DNA of 64,000 bases from an uncultured Clostridia bacterium (GTDB lineage: Bacteria > Bacillota > Clostridia > TANB77 > CAG-508). The notes beneath the pieces are model-generated. The model was not told the DNA's origin. It saw nothing but the letters and a program-made list of their open reading frames with translations, and searched no databases. A program made the position numbers and the translations under genes. Positions 1 to 9,374 of this stretch are shown piece by piece; the first letter of the stretch is position 1, and every line of letters begins with the position of its first letter. The stretch spans positions 5,189 to 69,188 of the forward strand of contig CANQWQ010000006.1 in the NCBI GenBank assembly GCA_947627595.1, given 5' to 3'.

Positions 1-30
1 GAGATAATGCAAAAGAAAAGGAGTAATTAT

Positions 31-843
31 ATGGGTTTATTTGATAGATTTAAAAGAAAAGAAGAACCAAAAGTTGAACCAGTTGCTGCCCAGCAACAAT
101 ATCAAGATGCAATTACTACAATTCAAGCTCAAGATGGACTTATTGGATATGAATATTATGATCCAAGTTATCAACAAGGAAAAAGTTATGATAAAACAAG
201 AATATTTATAAATCCAAGTCCACAATATATAAATGGAAGACCAATTTATACAATGTTTTTAAGCTATTATGGAACTCAAGATATGGTAATGTTTGATAAT
301 CCTACTGGAGAAAGTGCTAGAGCTACTGAATATAAGCAAGTTCTTGCTGGACTTGATTTATATGCTCTTCAAAATGATCCAAATTATTTTAAATATGCTA
401 TAAAAGAATTATTGAATCAACAAAGAGTTGAAAGATACCTAAGTGTAGGCTTAAAAACAGATAGAGAAATCAGAGATATAAATAGCGCTATTTTTGAAGG
501 TAAAGAATATAATAGTCCAAATGCAGCTTCTATAGATGAAGTTGCTAAAGATAGTGAACTTATTAGACGTGGAAAGAAAGTTTATCCTTGTGGTAGATAT
601 GTAGGTGAAATTTTACCTCGTGATGGACATGTTGGAATTGTATTTGATCCTTCAGTAGGAAGAATTTGCCATGATGAGCCAACAATAGCTAACGATAGAC
701 AAAGACTTCAAGATGAAAAAATGAGAATGAAAAATGCTCAAATGTTAGAAGCTCAACGAAAATATGAAAGATTACAACAAGAATATAGAAATATGCAATC
801 ACCTATAAATTATCAAGATCAACCTAATGATGATGGAAGATAG
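31..843 (+). CDS. hypothetical protein, N-term MGLFDRFK, C-term NDDGR
   Basis: Long ORF; AGGAG RBS precedes ATG at 31; followed by hairpin terminator. Confidence 0.75.
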   Translation: MGLFDRFKRKEEPKVEPVAAQQQYQDAITTIQAQDGLIGYEYYDPSYQQGKSYDKTRIFINPSPQYINGRPIYTMFLSYYGTQDMVMFDNPTGESARATEYKQVLAGLDLYALQNDPNYFKYAIKELLNQQRVERYLSVGLKTDREIRDINSAIFEGKEYNSPNAASIDEVAKDSELIRRGKKVYPCGRYVGEILPRDGHVGIVFDPSVGRICHDEPTIANDRQRLQDEKMRMKNAQMLEAQRKYERLQQEYRNMQSPINYQDQPNDDGR

Positions 844-857
844 AAGGTAAAATAAAG

Positions 858-888
858 AAAAAGATTCAAAGAAATTTGAATCTTTTTT
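858..888 (+). terminator. intrinsic terminator
   Basis: AAGATTCAAA-GAAA-TTTGAATCTT hairpin plus T run. Confidence 0.7.
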
Positions 889-958
889 AAATATTTTAAA
901 TTTTTTAGCAAAAACTATTGAAAAGAAAAATCTTTTCTGTTATAATATCAGTTGTTAT

Positions 959-1035
959 GGCGACGTAGCTCAGTTGGCTAGAGCATCCGGTTCATACCCG
1001 GCAGGTCGTAAGTTCGAATCTCACCGTCGCTACCA
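959..1035 (+). tRNA. tRNA-Met (CAT), elongator type
   Basis: GGCGACG/CGTCGCT acceptor stem, TTCATAC anticodon loop, GTTCGAATC T arm, encoded CCA; TTGAAA and TATAAT promoter boxes upstream. Confidence 0.93.
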
Positions 1036-1739
1036 TAGATACACCTTAGGGTGTATCTTTTTTGTGAAATAAATTTATCATTTTCAAAATCTTTTAAAGT
1101 TTATAATTTATAAATGTAATGATATAAACGAAATGAGCTTCCCACAATTGGGAAGCTCTTGCTCGCTATGACTGCGAGGATTCCAGAAGATGTGATTAAG
1201 AATTGATAGATTCGTTTACCTTTGCCTTGAATAAGCAAAAGGTTGATATTACGATTCCGAGTGTGCCAGCAATTGGACCTTCGAGGAAAAGCGATAATGT
1301 GATTTGATTACCCATTCCGTCAGCAGTAAAATATGCCATTGTCCATGCTATTGACGAGAGAATAATCCATACACTGAAAGATAATATTCCGATGATCCCG
1401 AAAATGTAGCACAATTTTCGTTGTAACCGATCTGTTTTTCTGTATCTTTCGATACATTCTTCTTCGGTAATCAAGCCATAAAAAGCAGCGTCTGCTATGT
1501 CTTCTATGACTGGATTCTCACCGTAAATCTCCCGATACTGTTTTAGCCTCCGTTTGCCGTCTTCTGAAATACCCATATATGCACCTCCGTGGATTTATTT
1601 TTTAGAGCAAAATTAATTATAGCATAAATAATCTACTTAATCAAATTTACTAAAATTCTAAAAAATACTTTATTTTTAGAAAAAGCTATGTTATAATACC
1701 GTCGCTACCATAGATACACTTTAGGGTGTATCTTTTTTT
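1023..1739. mobile_element. mini-island bounded by ~40-bp direct repeat of the tRNA-Met 3' end plus terminator (1023-1063 and 1698-1739)
   Basis: ACCGTCGCTACCATAGATACAC..GGGTGTATCTTTTT occurs twice, like attL/attR. Confidence 0.65.
1196..1576 (-). CDS. hypothetical membrane protein (2 TM), GC-richer orphan
   Basis: GGAGG RBS, TGCTATAAT promoter, GAGCTTCCCA/TGGGAAGCTC hairpin downstream. Confidence 0.6.
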   Translation of the reverse strand: MGISEDGKRRLKQYREIYGENPVIEDIADAAFYGLITEEECIERYRKTDRLQRKLCYIFGIIGILSFSVWIILSSIAWTMAYFTADGMGNQITLSLFLEGPIAGTLGIVISTFCLFKAKVNESINS

Positions 1740-1824
1740 GTTTTGTAAATAAACTTTAGATTCTCTTTGTAATATCTCCTTTTAGGGACAAAGAAATACC
1801 GCCCGTTTTACGGGCGGGTAGTTG

Positions 1825-2913
1825 TTAATCAGCTAAAATGGTAGCAATCTCCCTACCTGGATAAGCAATGCCATCACGTATTAAAGTAAGTTCATACCTA
1901 TAAACATAATTTCCTTTATATAACACATAATTTTTGTATAGATCTTTTTCACAAGATAAAGTTATATTGTGCCATGGACTTGCTACAAAAAGCTTTCTTA
2001 ATATAAAATAATTATTTTTATTATAATTAAGGTCTGATATAACGACTTCACCATCACTCATTTTCTCATAAATTCTAATAAAACCTTCTTTACCATTTTT
2101 AGCGCTATTCAAAAATTCATCTAGTCTTTCTTTATCTTCAGATATAACTTTTTCATTTTCTATTACAAAACATCCATCTTTTAGTGCTTCTTCTACACTA
2201 TAGTTTTCTGGTAATTCTTCCAATTTTGTAAATTCTTCATTTCCTATTTCTACGTCTATTTTAAATTTAATATTTTCTTTTATTACATCTTTATCTACTA
2301 TTGCATAATACATACATCTAAATAGTGAATCTTCACTATTAATTTCAAATCCATCAGCTTGTTCAAATATAACATATGTTGTATCATTGTCTGAATATAC
2401 TTCAGCTATTGATAAGCCTTGATCAATTGGTTTTCTTTCTCCTGGAGCAATAGCAAGTATTAGATCATTTTTTTCAAAATCACTTTCAGTCATATTCGGA
2501 ATTCTATCTTCTTCATTTTTATAAAAATTATATTTATCAAAATCTGTTATTACATCATAATAATAAGATGTTTCTTTATCTTGTTTCATATTTTTTTCTT
2601 CAAATAGATGATCATTTTTTTCAAGAAAATTGTATCCAACTGCTGAAATTTCATCTTTATTTACTGTTAAAATTTTTTGTTCTTTAATTGAATTATTTTT
2701 ATAGTTATTGTAGATTTTTGTACTAGCAAAAACCAATCCAGTTGTTCCAATTACTATAATACAAATACTTGCAACCAAGCCCAATATAGGTCTATTAGTA
2801 AATTCTTTTTCTTTGTTTAATTCTGACATTATCGCTTTAAAATTTTCTTTTTGATTAAAATATTGATTTTGAGAGTATCTTTTTAAAATTTTTTCACTAT
2901 TCATCTTCATCAC
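1825..2913 (-). CDS. probable anti-sigma factor (single TM plus extracellular domain)
   Basis: One TM helix near residue 45; start overlaps the stop of the upstream ECF sigma. Confidence 0.6.
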   Translation of the reverse strand: MMKMNSEKILKRYSQNQYFNQKENFKAIMSELNKEKEFTNRPILGLVASICIIVIGTTGLVFASTKIYNNYKNNSIKEQKILTVNKDEISAVGYNFLEKNDHLFEEKNMKQDKETSYYYDVITDFDKYNFYKNEEDRIPNMTESDFEKNDLILAIAPGERKPIDQGLSIAEVYSDNDTTYVIFEQADGFEINSEDSLFRCMYYAIVDKDVIKENIKFKIDVEIGNEEFTKLEELPENYSVEEALKDGCFVIENEKVISEDKERLDEFLNSAKNGKEGFIRIYEKMSDGEVVISDLNYNKNNYFILRKLFVASPWHNITLSCEKDLYKNYVLYKGNYVYRYELTLIRDGIAYPGREIATILAD

Positions 2914-3440
2914 CTCTTTTACAAAAACATTCTTTTAGTTCTTTTAAAGTTCTATATAAAATTGTTTTTATTGTACTTTCTTTCATTTCTAAGTTATTGG
3001 CAATTTCTTTAAAAGTTTCTCCTAGTGTATAATGCAAGTAAAAAATTTTAAATGTTGTTATATCTTTTGAATCAAGATATTTCCAGATTTTTTCTACATT
3101 GTCTTTAGTAATAAAATCTAATTCTATATCTTCTCCGAGAAGCTAATTCTATTGTAAATTCATCTTCATCTTTTTCTTGAAATATAGAAATTGTTTTGAT
3201 TTTTATTTTTGATTGATAATCACTAATAATTTTATTTTTAGCAATAGTAATTAAATAAGCAGTTTTATCTAAAATTTCTTTTCCATTTTTTAGTTCTTTG
3301 AATAACTGTAAATATGTATCTTGAATTATATCGTCAACATCATTCAAATCATTGCATTTATACACTACAAATTTTAATATACTTTTGTAAGTTTCATTGT
3401 ATATTTTTTCGAATAATCTTTTGTCTTTAAGAGCTCCCAT
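2897..3440 (-). CDS. ECF sigma factor, joined by +1 shift at CGG 3137-3135 (180 aa)
   Basis: Region 2 (DVDDIIQDTYLQLF) in ORF 3440-3105; region 4 (FKEIANNLEMKESTIKTILYR) in the +1 frame; joined product is collinear with paralog 61302-61853. Confidence 0.85.
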
Positions 3441-3492
3441 TAAACAAATTACCTCCTATTACATAGAAGAGTGAAAAAATCTTAAAAAAGTT

Positions 3493-3843
3493 TTAAAGTT
3501 GATTTAATTTTTCTAAAACAGTAAAAATTATTTCTTTTGATTTTGGTCTATATAATACTTTATATTTTAAAAAATCAAACAAATCATTTTTATTTACTAT
3601 ATCATACATTTTACTTATTGAATAGAAAATATAAACTTTTATTGAATTAGCATCAATACCATATTTTTTAGAAATAATAGGATAAATTTCTTGACTAAGA
3701 TTAATACCATATTTTACTTTTTCTATATAACATTCATATATAGTTTCAGCTAATAATTTTGTACCTTTATACGAAAAATCAAAATTTATTTTTTCTAATT
3801 CAATTTGAATTTTTTCCTTTATTAAATTATCTAACTTTTTCAT
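3493..3843 (-). CDS. stand-alone Spo0A C-terminal DNA-binding domain protein
   Basis: KGTKLL..IYPIISKKY..RPKSKEII resembles Spo0A_C; no receiver domain. Confidence 0.7.
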   Translation of the reverse strand: MKKLDNLIKEKIQIELEKINFDFSYKGTKLLAETIYECYIEKVKYGINLSQEIYPIISKKYGIDANSIKVYIFYSISKMYDIVNKNDLFDFLKYKVLYRPKSKEIIFTVLEKLNQL

Positions 3844-4014
3844 ATAATCATCACCTAATATAATGATATAAAAAAAGTTAAAAAAGTCTTAATAATTTTT
3901 AACTTTTTAACTTTTTATCAATTTTAAAAAAATAGTAATATAATTTTAAAAAGCTTTTGACTGAGGTCATAAGTGAAATAGATAGGGACTTTTGCAAAAT
4001 AAGGAGGATTTTAA

Positions 4015-4797
4015 ATGTTTAAAAAAATCAAATCTCGGTTTGCATGTGTTGCTCTTATACTCACTATGTTAGTTTCTTTTTGTGGAACTACTCAGGCATT
4101 CGCCGCTGATATAACTACTTTTTTCAGCGGTTGGAGTATGGTTACATCTACTACAAATGTCACCAAAGAAGATGGGAGTACTGGTACAGTATTTATAGGA
4201 GAAGGCGTTACATTTCTTGAGAATAATGGCAACAATACTGCTTGGATTCAATATAGTGGTCCAAGTGGTCCTATAAATGCTATAATTTCTACATCATGCC
4301 TTATTTCTTATTCAAGTTGTTATCCTGGAACATCTGCTGGAAATGTTAAAACCGCTACAACTACTTATTATGGAATTGCTCCAACTTTACCAGCTGGAAG
4401 TGTATCAGTCGGTGAAAAAGTAGCCATTTTAGGACAGCTAAATGGCTGGTATTACATTGAATACAACATTTCTGGTGGATTAAGGAAGAGAGGTTTTGTT
4501 CCTCAAGACACAATTGCAAATGCAAGTTTTCTTACACCAGCAAGTTTAAGTAAGGATAGCAGTAAAACTTCAAGTGCTTACATAAATGTATATGGTGGTC
4601 CGAGTAGTAGATATGAAGAAATAGGAACTATTTATCCTAATGATGTTGTTTATACTTATATTAAATTTATTGGTGGTATAGACAATGGCATTGTAAGAAC
4701 TACAAATCCCATAAATAATCAACCAATGATTCTAGTATCATATCCGGCTGGTGGCGGAGAAAAATTTGGTTGGATTTATGAAAGTTCCTTACAGTAA
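4015..4797 (+). CDS. secreted protein with SH3-like cell-wall domains
   Basis: Signal peptide ending AFA; GEKVAILGQLNGWYYIEY..GFV and VYGGPS..Y..IGTI motifs. Confidence 0.7.
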   Translation: MFKKIKSRFACVALILTMLVSFCGTTQAFAADITTFFSGWSMVTSTTNVTKEDGSTGTVFIGEGVTFLENNGNNTAWIQYSGPSGPINAIISTSCLISYSSCYPGTSAGNVKTATTTYYGIAPTLPAGSVSVGEKVAILGQLNGWYYIEYNISGGLRKRGFVPQDTIANASFLTPASLSKDSSKTSSAYINVYGGPSSRYEEIGTIYPNDVVYTYIKFIGGIDNGIVRTTNPINNQPMILVSYPAGGGEKFGWIYESSLQ

Positions 4798-4947
4798 AAG
4801 TATCAACTTCAAAATATGATTAGTATTATATAACTTTTAACAGTCCCTATCTAGAAGAGGAGTTCAAACATGAACTCCTCTTTTCTTTATTAATATATAT
4901 AAAAAATCACAGCGGGGGCCGAGTGGCCCCCGCTGTTGTGCAGGACT

Positions 4948-5196
4948 TCAGAACTCTTCTTCATCGCCGAAAATCTGGCGATACAGGTACGGGTTAATAG
5001 GCTTGATGTTACGCAGGTCTTTCTCTATATCTTCAGGCTCTCTGCCTACTTCGTGGGCGATTTCCTCGATGGACTTGCCTTGCAGATACATCGCTGCGTA
5101 AGTACCTATTACTTTATACCGTACTTCTTCCTTAGGGCTTCTGTTGCTACACATTCCATTCCCTCCTTTAGTAGGAAAAAATTGGTTATATCGCAC
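4948..5196 (-). CDS. small HTH protein, weakly SpoIIID-like (likely start MCSNRS)
   Basis: GGGAGG RBS; SIEEIAHEVG HTH and KDLRNIKPINPYLY; GC hairpin downstream. Confidence 0.45.
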   Translation of the reverse strand: MRYNQFFPTKGGNGMCSNRSPKEEVRYKVIGTYAAMYLQGKSIEEIAHEVGREPEDIEKDLRNIKPINPYLYRQIFGDEEEF

Positions 5197-5262
5197 GGTA
5201 TTGTAACGACGCTTTCGATTATAGCACAGATTTACCCAAAAATAAAGACAATTTTAAAAATT

Positions 5263-5907
5263 TTATCTTGATAATTCTAATGGAATATCATTAAAACTTT
5301 CGTATGTTGGAACTTCAATAGGAAGATTTAGTTTCTTTGAAGTTCTTTTTTCATTGCTAGGTTTTTTGATTCTTATTAATTTTCTAGCACCTGCATTGTA
5401 TAAGCCTTCTAAGTCTCTAGGACTATCATCAATAAAAACATTTTGATCGTTTGAATAATCAATGTCTAATTTAAATTTATATCTTGTAGAATTATAAACT
5501 TCAGTAACATAAGGCAAAATTCCAGATCCAGCGAGTTTAAGCGCTTGTTGATGGATATTTTTTCCTTGAGCTACATATGTCAAAATGCAAACACTTTCTT
5601 TTTCTGATTTTAATTTTTTAAGAAAAGCTAATGCATCAGGAAAAACATATTCACTTCCTTTAAGAAGAATTCTTTTCTGAATGTATGATTGAAGAACTCC
5701 TGGTTTAATTTCATATTTCATTGTCATTTTTTGTGCGAAGTTATCAAAATTATCAACTGTTGAATTAAAAGAACTTTGTAAATCTGCTAAAATTTCTTCA
5801 TAAGGAACTTTTTTGACAGTACTGATAATTTTAGCTAAGTCACTTAAAACATCTTTTGTTAATTTCCCTGTTTCGTAAAGTGTGTTGTCAAAATCAATAT
5901 AGTACAT
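5263..5907 (-). CDS. HAD-superfamily hydrolase
   Basis: DFDNTL motif I and FIDDS motif IV. Confidence 0.85.
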   Translation of the reverse strand: MYYIDFDNTLYETGKLTKDVLSDLAKIISTVKKVPYEEILADLQSSFNSTVDNFDNFAQKMTMKYEIKPGVLQSYIQKRILLKGSEYVFPDALAFLKKLKSEKESVCILTYVAQGKNIHQQALKLAGSGILPYVTEVYNSTRYKFKLDIDYSNDQNVFIDDSPRDLEGLYNAGARKLIRIKKPSNEKRTSKKLNLPIEVPTYESFNDIPLELSR

Positions 5908-5983
5908 AGTTTTTCCTCCATTATTTGATATATAAATAATATCAAAAAAAATTGCTTAGGTCAATATTGATTTAAGGTATCTG

Positions 5984-7288
5984 ATGTATTATAATGTTAT
6001 AGAAAATATATTAGAAAAGAGCAAAAATATGATAGAAAATATTGAACAAATTAAAGAAAAAGCAAGTTTGTGTTTGAACTGCAAAAACAAGCCTTGTAGC
6101 GAAGCTTGTCCAATGAAAACACATATACCAGAATTTATTTCAAAAATCAAAGAAGATAAATTTGAAGATGCTTATAATATTTTGATAAATAATAATATAT
6201 TTAGCCATGTTTGTAGTTTGATTTGCCCACAAGAGAATCAATGCCAAGGTTCTTGTGTTAGAGGAATTAAATCAGAGCCAACTCAAATTGGAGATTTAGA
6301 AAAATTTGTTAATGAATGGGCTTTAGAAAATAAAATTGAGCCTAAAATTCATCAAGATGAAACTATTGATAATGTTAAAGTTGCAATAGTAGGAGGGGGT
6401 CCAGCTGGATTATCTTGTGCTTATGAACTTGCTAAAAAAGGAATTAAATCAGTAGTTTTTGAAAAAGAAAATGTATTAGGCGGAATTTTAAATTATGGAA
6501 TCCCAGATTTTAGATTAGACAAGAAAATTGTAGATAGAATTGTTGAAATTTTATGTAAATTAGGAATAGAATTTAGATTAAATCAAGAGCTTGGAAAAAA
6601 CATATCAATTAAAGAATTGAAAAAAGAATATGACTATGTTTTTATTGGAATTGGAGCTGAAATCTCTAGCACATACAAGTTATCAGACGAAAAACTTGAA
6701 AATGTCTATGATTCAGATGAATTTTTAAGAAGATATAATTTTAAAAATTATATAAAAGATCTTGGAAAAGTTGTTGTAATCGGTGGGGGAAATGTAGCAA
6801 TGGACTCTGCTAGAAGTGCTGTAAAAATGGGAGCCGAAAAAGTTTCAATTTTATATAGAAGAGATAAAGCACACATGCCAGCTAGAGAAGTCGAATTACA
6901 AGATGCTTTAAATGACGGAGTAGAATGGATTGAACTAACTAGAGTAAATAATGCAAATTTAGAAAATGGAAAAATGGTTTCAGTTCATTGTAATAAAACC
7001 CAAATAGTAGATGGAAAAGCTGTTGACGTTGAAGGTGAAGAATTTGACTATGACGCAGATACAGTAGTTTTTGCGATTGGTTTAAAACCAAATAAAGATT
7101 TATTAATAAATGAAGGTTTAGAGTTAACAGATTGGGGAACAATTTTAGTTGATGAAAATAACCAAACTTCAATAGAAAACGTTTATAGTGGCGGAGATGT
7201 TACAGACAATAAGTCAGTTGTTTGTAAAGCTCTAGCCTCTGGAAAAAAAGCTTCAGAATCAATAATTAAAAAAATAATAAAACCTTAA
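5984..7288 (+). CDS. GltD/NfnB-like FAD/NAD(P) Fe-S oxidoreductase
   Basis: CLNC..PC..ACP and CP..QC..C Fe-S motifs; GGGPAG and GGGNVAMD Rossmann motifs. Confidence 0.9.
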   Translation: MYYNVIENILEKSKNMIENIEQIKEKASLCLNCKNKPCSEACPMKTHIPEFISKIKEDKFEDAYNILINNNIFSHVCSLICPQENQCQGSCVRGIKSEPTQIGDLEKFVNEWALENKIEPKIHQDETIDNVKVAIVGGGPAGLSCAYELAKKGIKSVVFEKENVLGGILNYGIPDFRLDKKIVDRIVEILCKLGIEFRLNQELGKNISIKELKKEYDYVFIGIGAEISSTYKLSDEKLENVYDSDEFLRRYNFKNYIKDLGKVVVIGGGNVAMDSARSAVKMGAEKVSILYRRDKAHMPAREVELQDALNDGVEWIELTRVNNANLENGKMVSVHCNKTQIVDGKAVDVEGEEFDYDADTVVFAIGLKPNKDLLINEGLELTDWGTILVDENNQTSIENVYSGGDVTDNKSVVCKALASGKKASESIIKKIIKP

Positions 7289-7305
7289 GTTTTCTTAAGG
7301 TTTTA

Positions 7306-7491
7306 TTATTTATTTTCATTAGATTTTTCTTTATCTGATTTAGTCTTTGGAATGATGATATTTCCTTTTTGAACTTTATCTTTAGGTCTTAAAGTCTTGA
7401 TTGAATCTTTAATATCTGAAAAATTAAGTTCAGAATCATCACCAAGAATAATCTCGATATCTAAATCTTCATCTTTCACTTTGTTATCCAT
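7306..7491 (-). CDS. small hypothetical protein
   Basis: AAAGGA RBS, host-like codon use, shared bidirectional terminator. Confidence 0.55.
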   Translation of the reverse strand: MDNKVKDEDLDIEIILGDDSELNFSDIKDSIKTLRPKDKVQKGNIIIPKTKSDKEKSNENK

Positions 7492-7633
7492 TTAATCAAT
7501 TCCTTTCTTATCTAGGATTTCCAAATCTAAGCTTATTATAGCAAATTTTATTTTGATTGTCAATTTTCATCCTTGACTTTTAAAGTGTTTCGTGGGATAA
7601 TATTTTTGCAGTAAAAAGAAAGGTTATATAAAA

Positions 7634-8224
7634 ATGGAATTAGAAAAAGCTGAAGCAATAATTGAAGCTATGTTATTTTCAACAGGTTCAATAATTACAG
7701 TAAAAGATATAATGAATGTAATTGAGCTTGGAGCTGAGGATATAGAGAAAATAATTCAAAAAATGAAAGCTAAATATGATGCTAATGATAGTGGAATTGA
7801 GCTTGTAAAAATCGAAGATGGTTACCAACTTTGTACTAAAAAAGAATATTATGATTATATTTATCCATTATTTGATAATCGTTCAAAACCTTCAATCTCT
7901 ACAGCTGCTTTAGAAACCCTTTCTATTATAGCTTATAACCCTAAAATAACTCGTTCAGAAATTGATGCAATTCGTGGAGTTAATTCAGATGGAACGATTT
8001 ATAAATTATTAGAATATAACCTTATTGAAGAAGCTGGAAAATTAGATGCACCTGGAAGACCTACAATATATAGAGTTACACCAGAGTTTATGAAAATGTT
8101 TGGACTTTCAAGTTTAGACGATTTACCAGAACTTCCTAGATATAAAATAGATGAAAATGAACAAATTGTTATTGATGATATTTTACCTGATGAAGCTCAA
8201 GATGAAAATAAAGAAAATGAATAA
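7634..8224 (+). CDS. scpB: SMC-Scp complex subunit ScpB
   Basis: IEAMLF, LETLSIIAY..TRSEIDAIRGVNS and PGRP motifs. Confidence 0.95.
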   Translation: MELEKAEAIIEAMLFSTGSIITVKDIMNVIELGAEDIEKIIQKMKAKYDANDSGIELVKIEDGYQLCTKKEYYDYIYPLFDNRSKPSISTAALETLSIIAYNPKITRSEIDAIRGVNSDGTIYKLLEYNLIEEAGKLDAPGRPTIYRVTPEFMKMFGLSSLDDLPELPRYKIDENEQIVIDDILPDEAQDENKENE

Positions 8225-8258
8225 AATAAAACCCTTCTAGAAATAGAAGGGTTTATTT

Positions 8259-9197
8259 TTATACTGTTAAATGTTTAACTTGTCTAGCTTCAGAATAAAG
8301 CTTTTCAATATGTTCTTCTCTAGCTTTTAAAGAATCTTTAAACTCTTGTAAAGTCTGTGGAATAAGCTCAACTTTTTCATGTGGTCTTAAATATCCAGCA
8401 GCATAAGCTTTATAATATTCTTTTTTACTTTCTGTCATAGCTGCTTCCATTTTATTGTAGCATCTCATAGCTGTTTCTAGTCTTTTAATTTCCTCTTTTA
8501 AATAATTAATATATTCGTATCTTGAAGAAATTTCATATTCAATATCATCTACAACTACTTTAAATAAAGCTCTTACAATGTTTTTATCTACTTTTCCATA
8601 TCTAACTTCATCAGATAAAGTCTTAAGTGAATGATTTTTAGTAATTTCAGGTTGAGCGTGATCTATTATTATTTTTAAAGCATCAACAATTCCAACGTGA
8701 GTTTTATATTGACGGATAGCTGTAATTGCTTCAAATTCGTCAGCAACTCTAATTATTTGAGCTTCATAAGGAATATCTTTAGCTGTGACTCCATAAGGAT
8801 AGCCAGTTCCATTTAGAGATTCATGGTGATATAAAGTTCCAGCAGCATATGGAGTAAGTTTTGGATCTTTCATACACATTTTATATCCAATAGTTGTATG
8901 TGTTTTCATAACTTCAAATTCAGCTTCTGTAAGTTTAGATGTCTTTTGCAAAATTTCTGGCGGAATGAAAAGTTTTCCAATGTCATGAATATAAGCGCAA
9001 GTTGTGCAATAGATTGTAAAACCTTCATCCATTTTTAGATATTCACAAAGTCTGCAAGTAATGTTTGCAACATTTTCAGAATGTCTTCTAGTAAAAGCAT
9101 CTAAGCTATCTAATAAAGCTAATTGATATCTGATTTTATCCTCTAAATTATAAGATTTTATCGCAGTTTTGCTATAAAAATCAAATTGCTCATTCAT
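8259..9197 (-). CDS. HD-GYP phosphohydrolase
   Basis: HS, HDIGK, HHE..GTGYP and IIRVADEF motifs. Confidence 0.9.
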   Translation of the reverse strand: MNEQFDFYSKTAIKSYNLEDKIRYQLALLDSLDAFTRRHSENVANITCRLCEYLKMDEGFTIYCTTCAYIHDIGKLFIPPEILQKTSKLTEAEFEVMKTHTTIGYKMCMKDPKLTPYAAGTLYHHESLNGTGYPYGVTAKDIPYEAQIIRVADEFEAITAIRQYKTHVGIVDALKIIIDHAQPEITKNHSLKTLSDEVRYGKVDKNIVRALFKVVVDDIEYEISSRYEYINYLKEEIKRLETAMRCYNKMEAAMTESKKEYYKAYAAGYLRPHEKVELIPQTLQEFKDSLKAREEHIEKLYSEARQVKHLTV

Positions 9198-9374
9198 ATT
9201 TTTTCACCTTCATAAATTATAAAATATCTCAATAATATTTTAACTATTATTAAAAATTAAGTCAATAATAAAAAGTGGAATATTGTCAAAATATGAAATT
9301 TTTCCTTGAAATTTAAATAGATTTAATATAATATATAGTAGTAAAAATAAGCTAACAAGAAAAGGGGAAAATTA

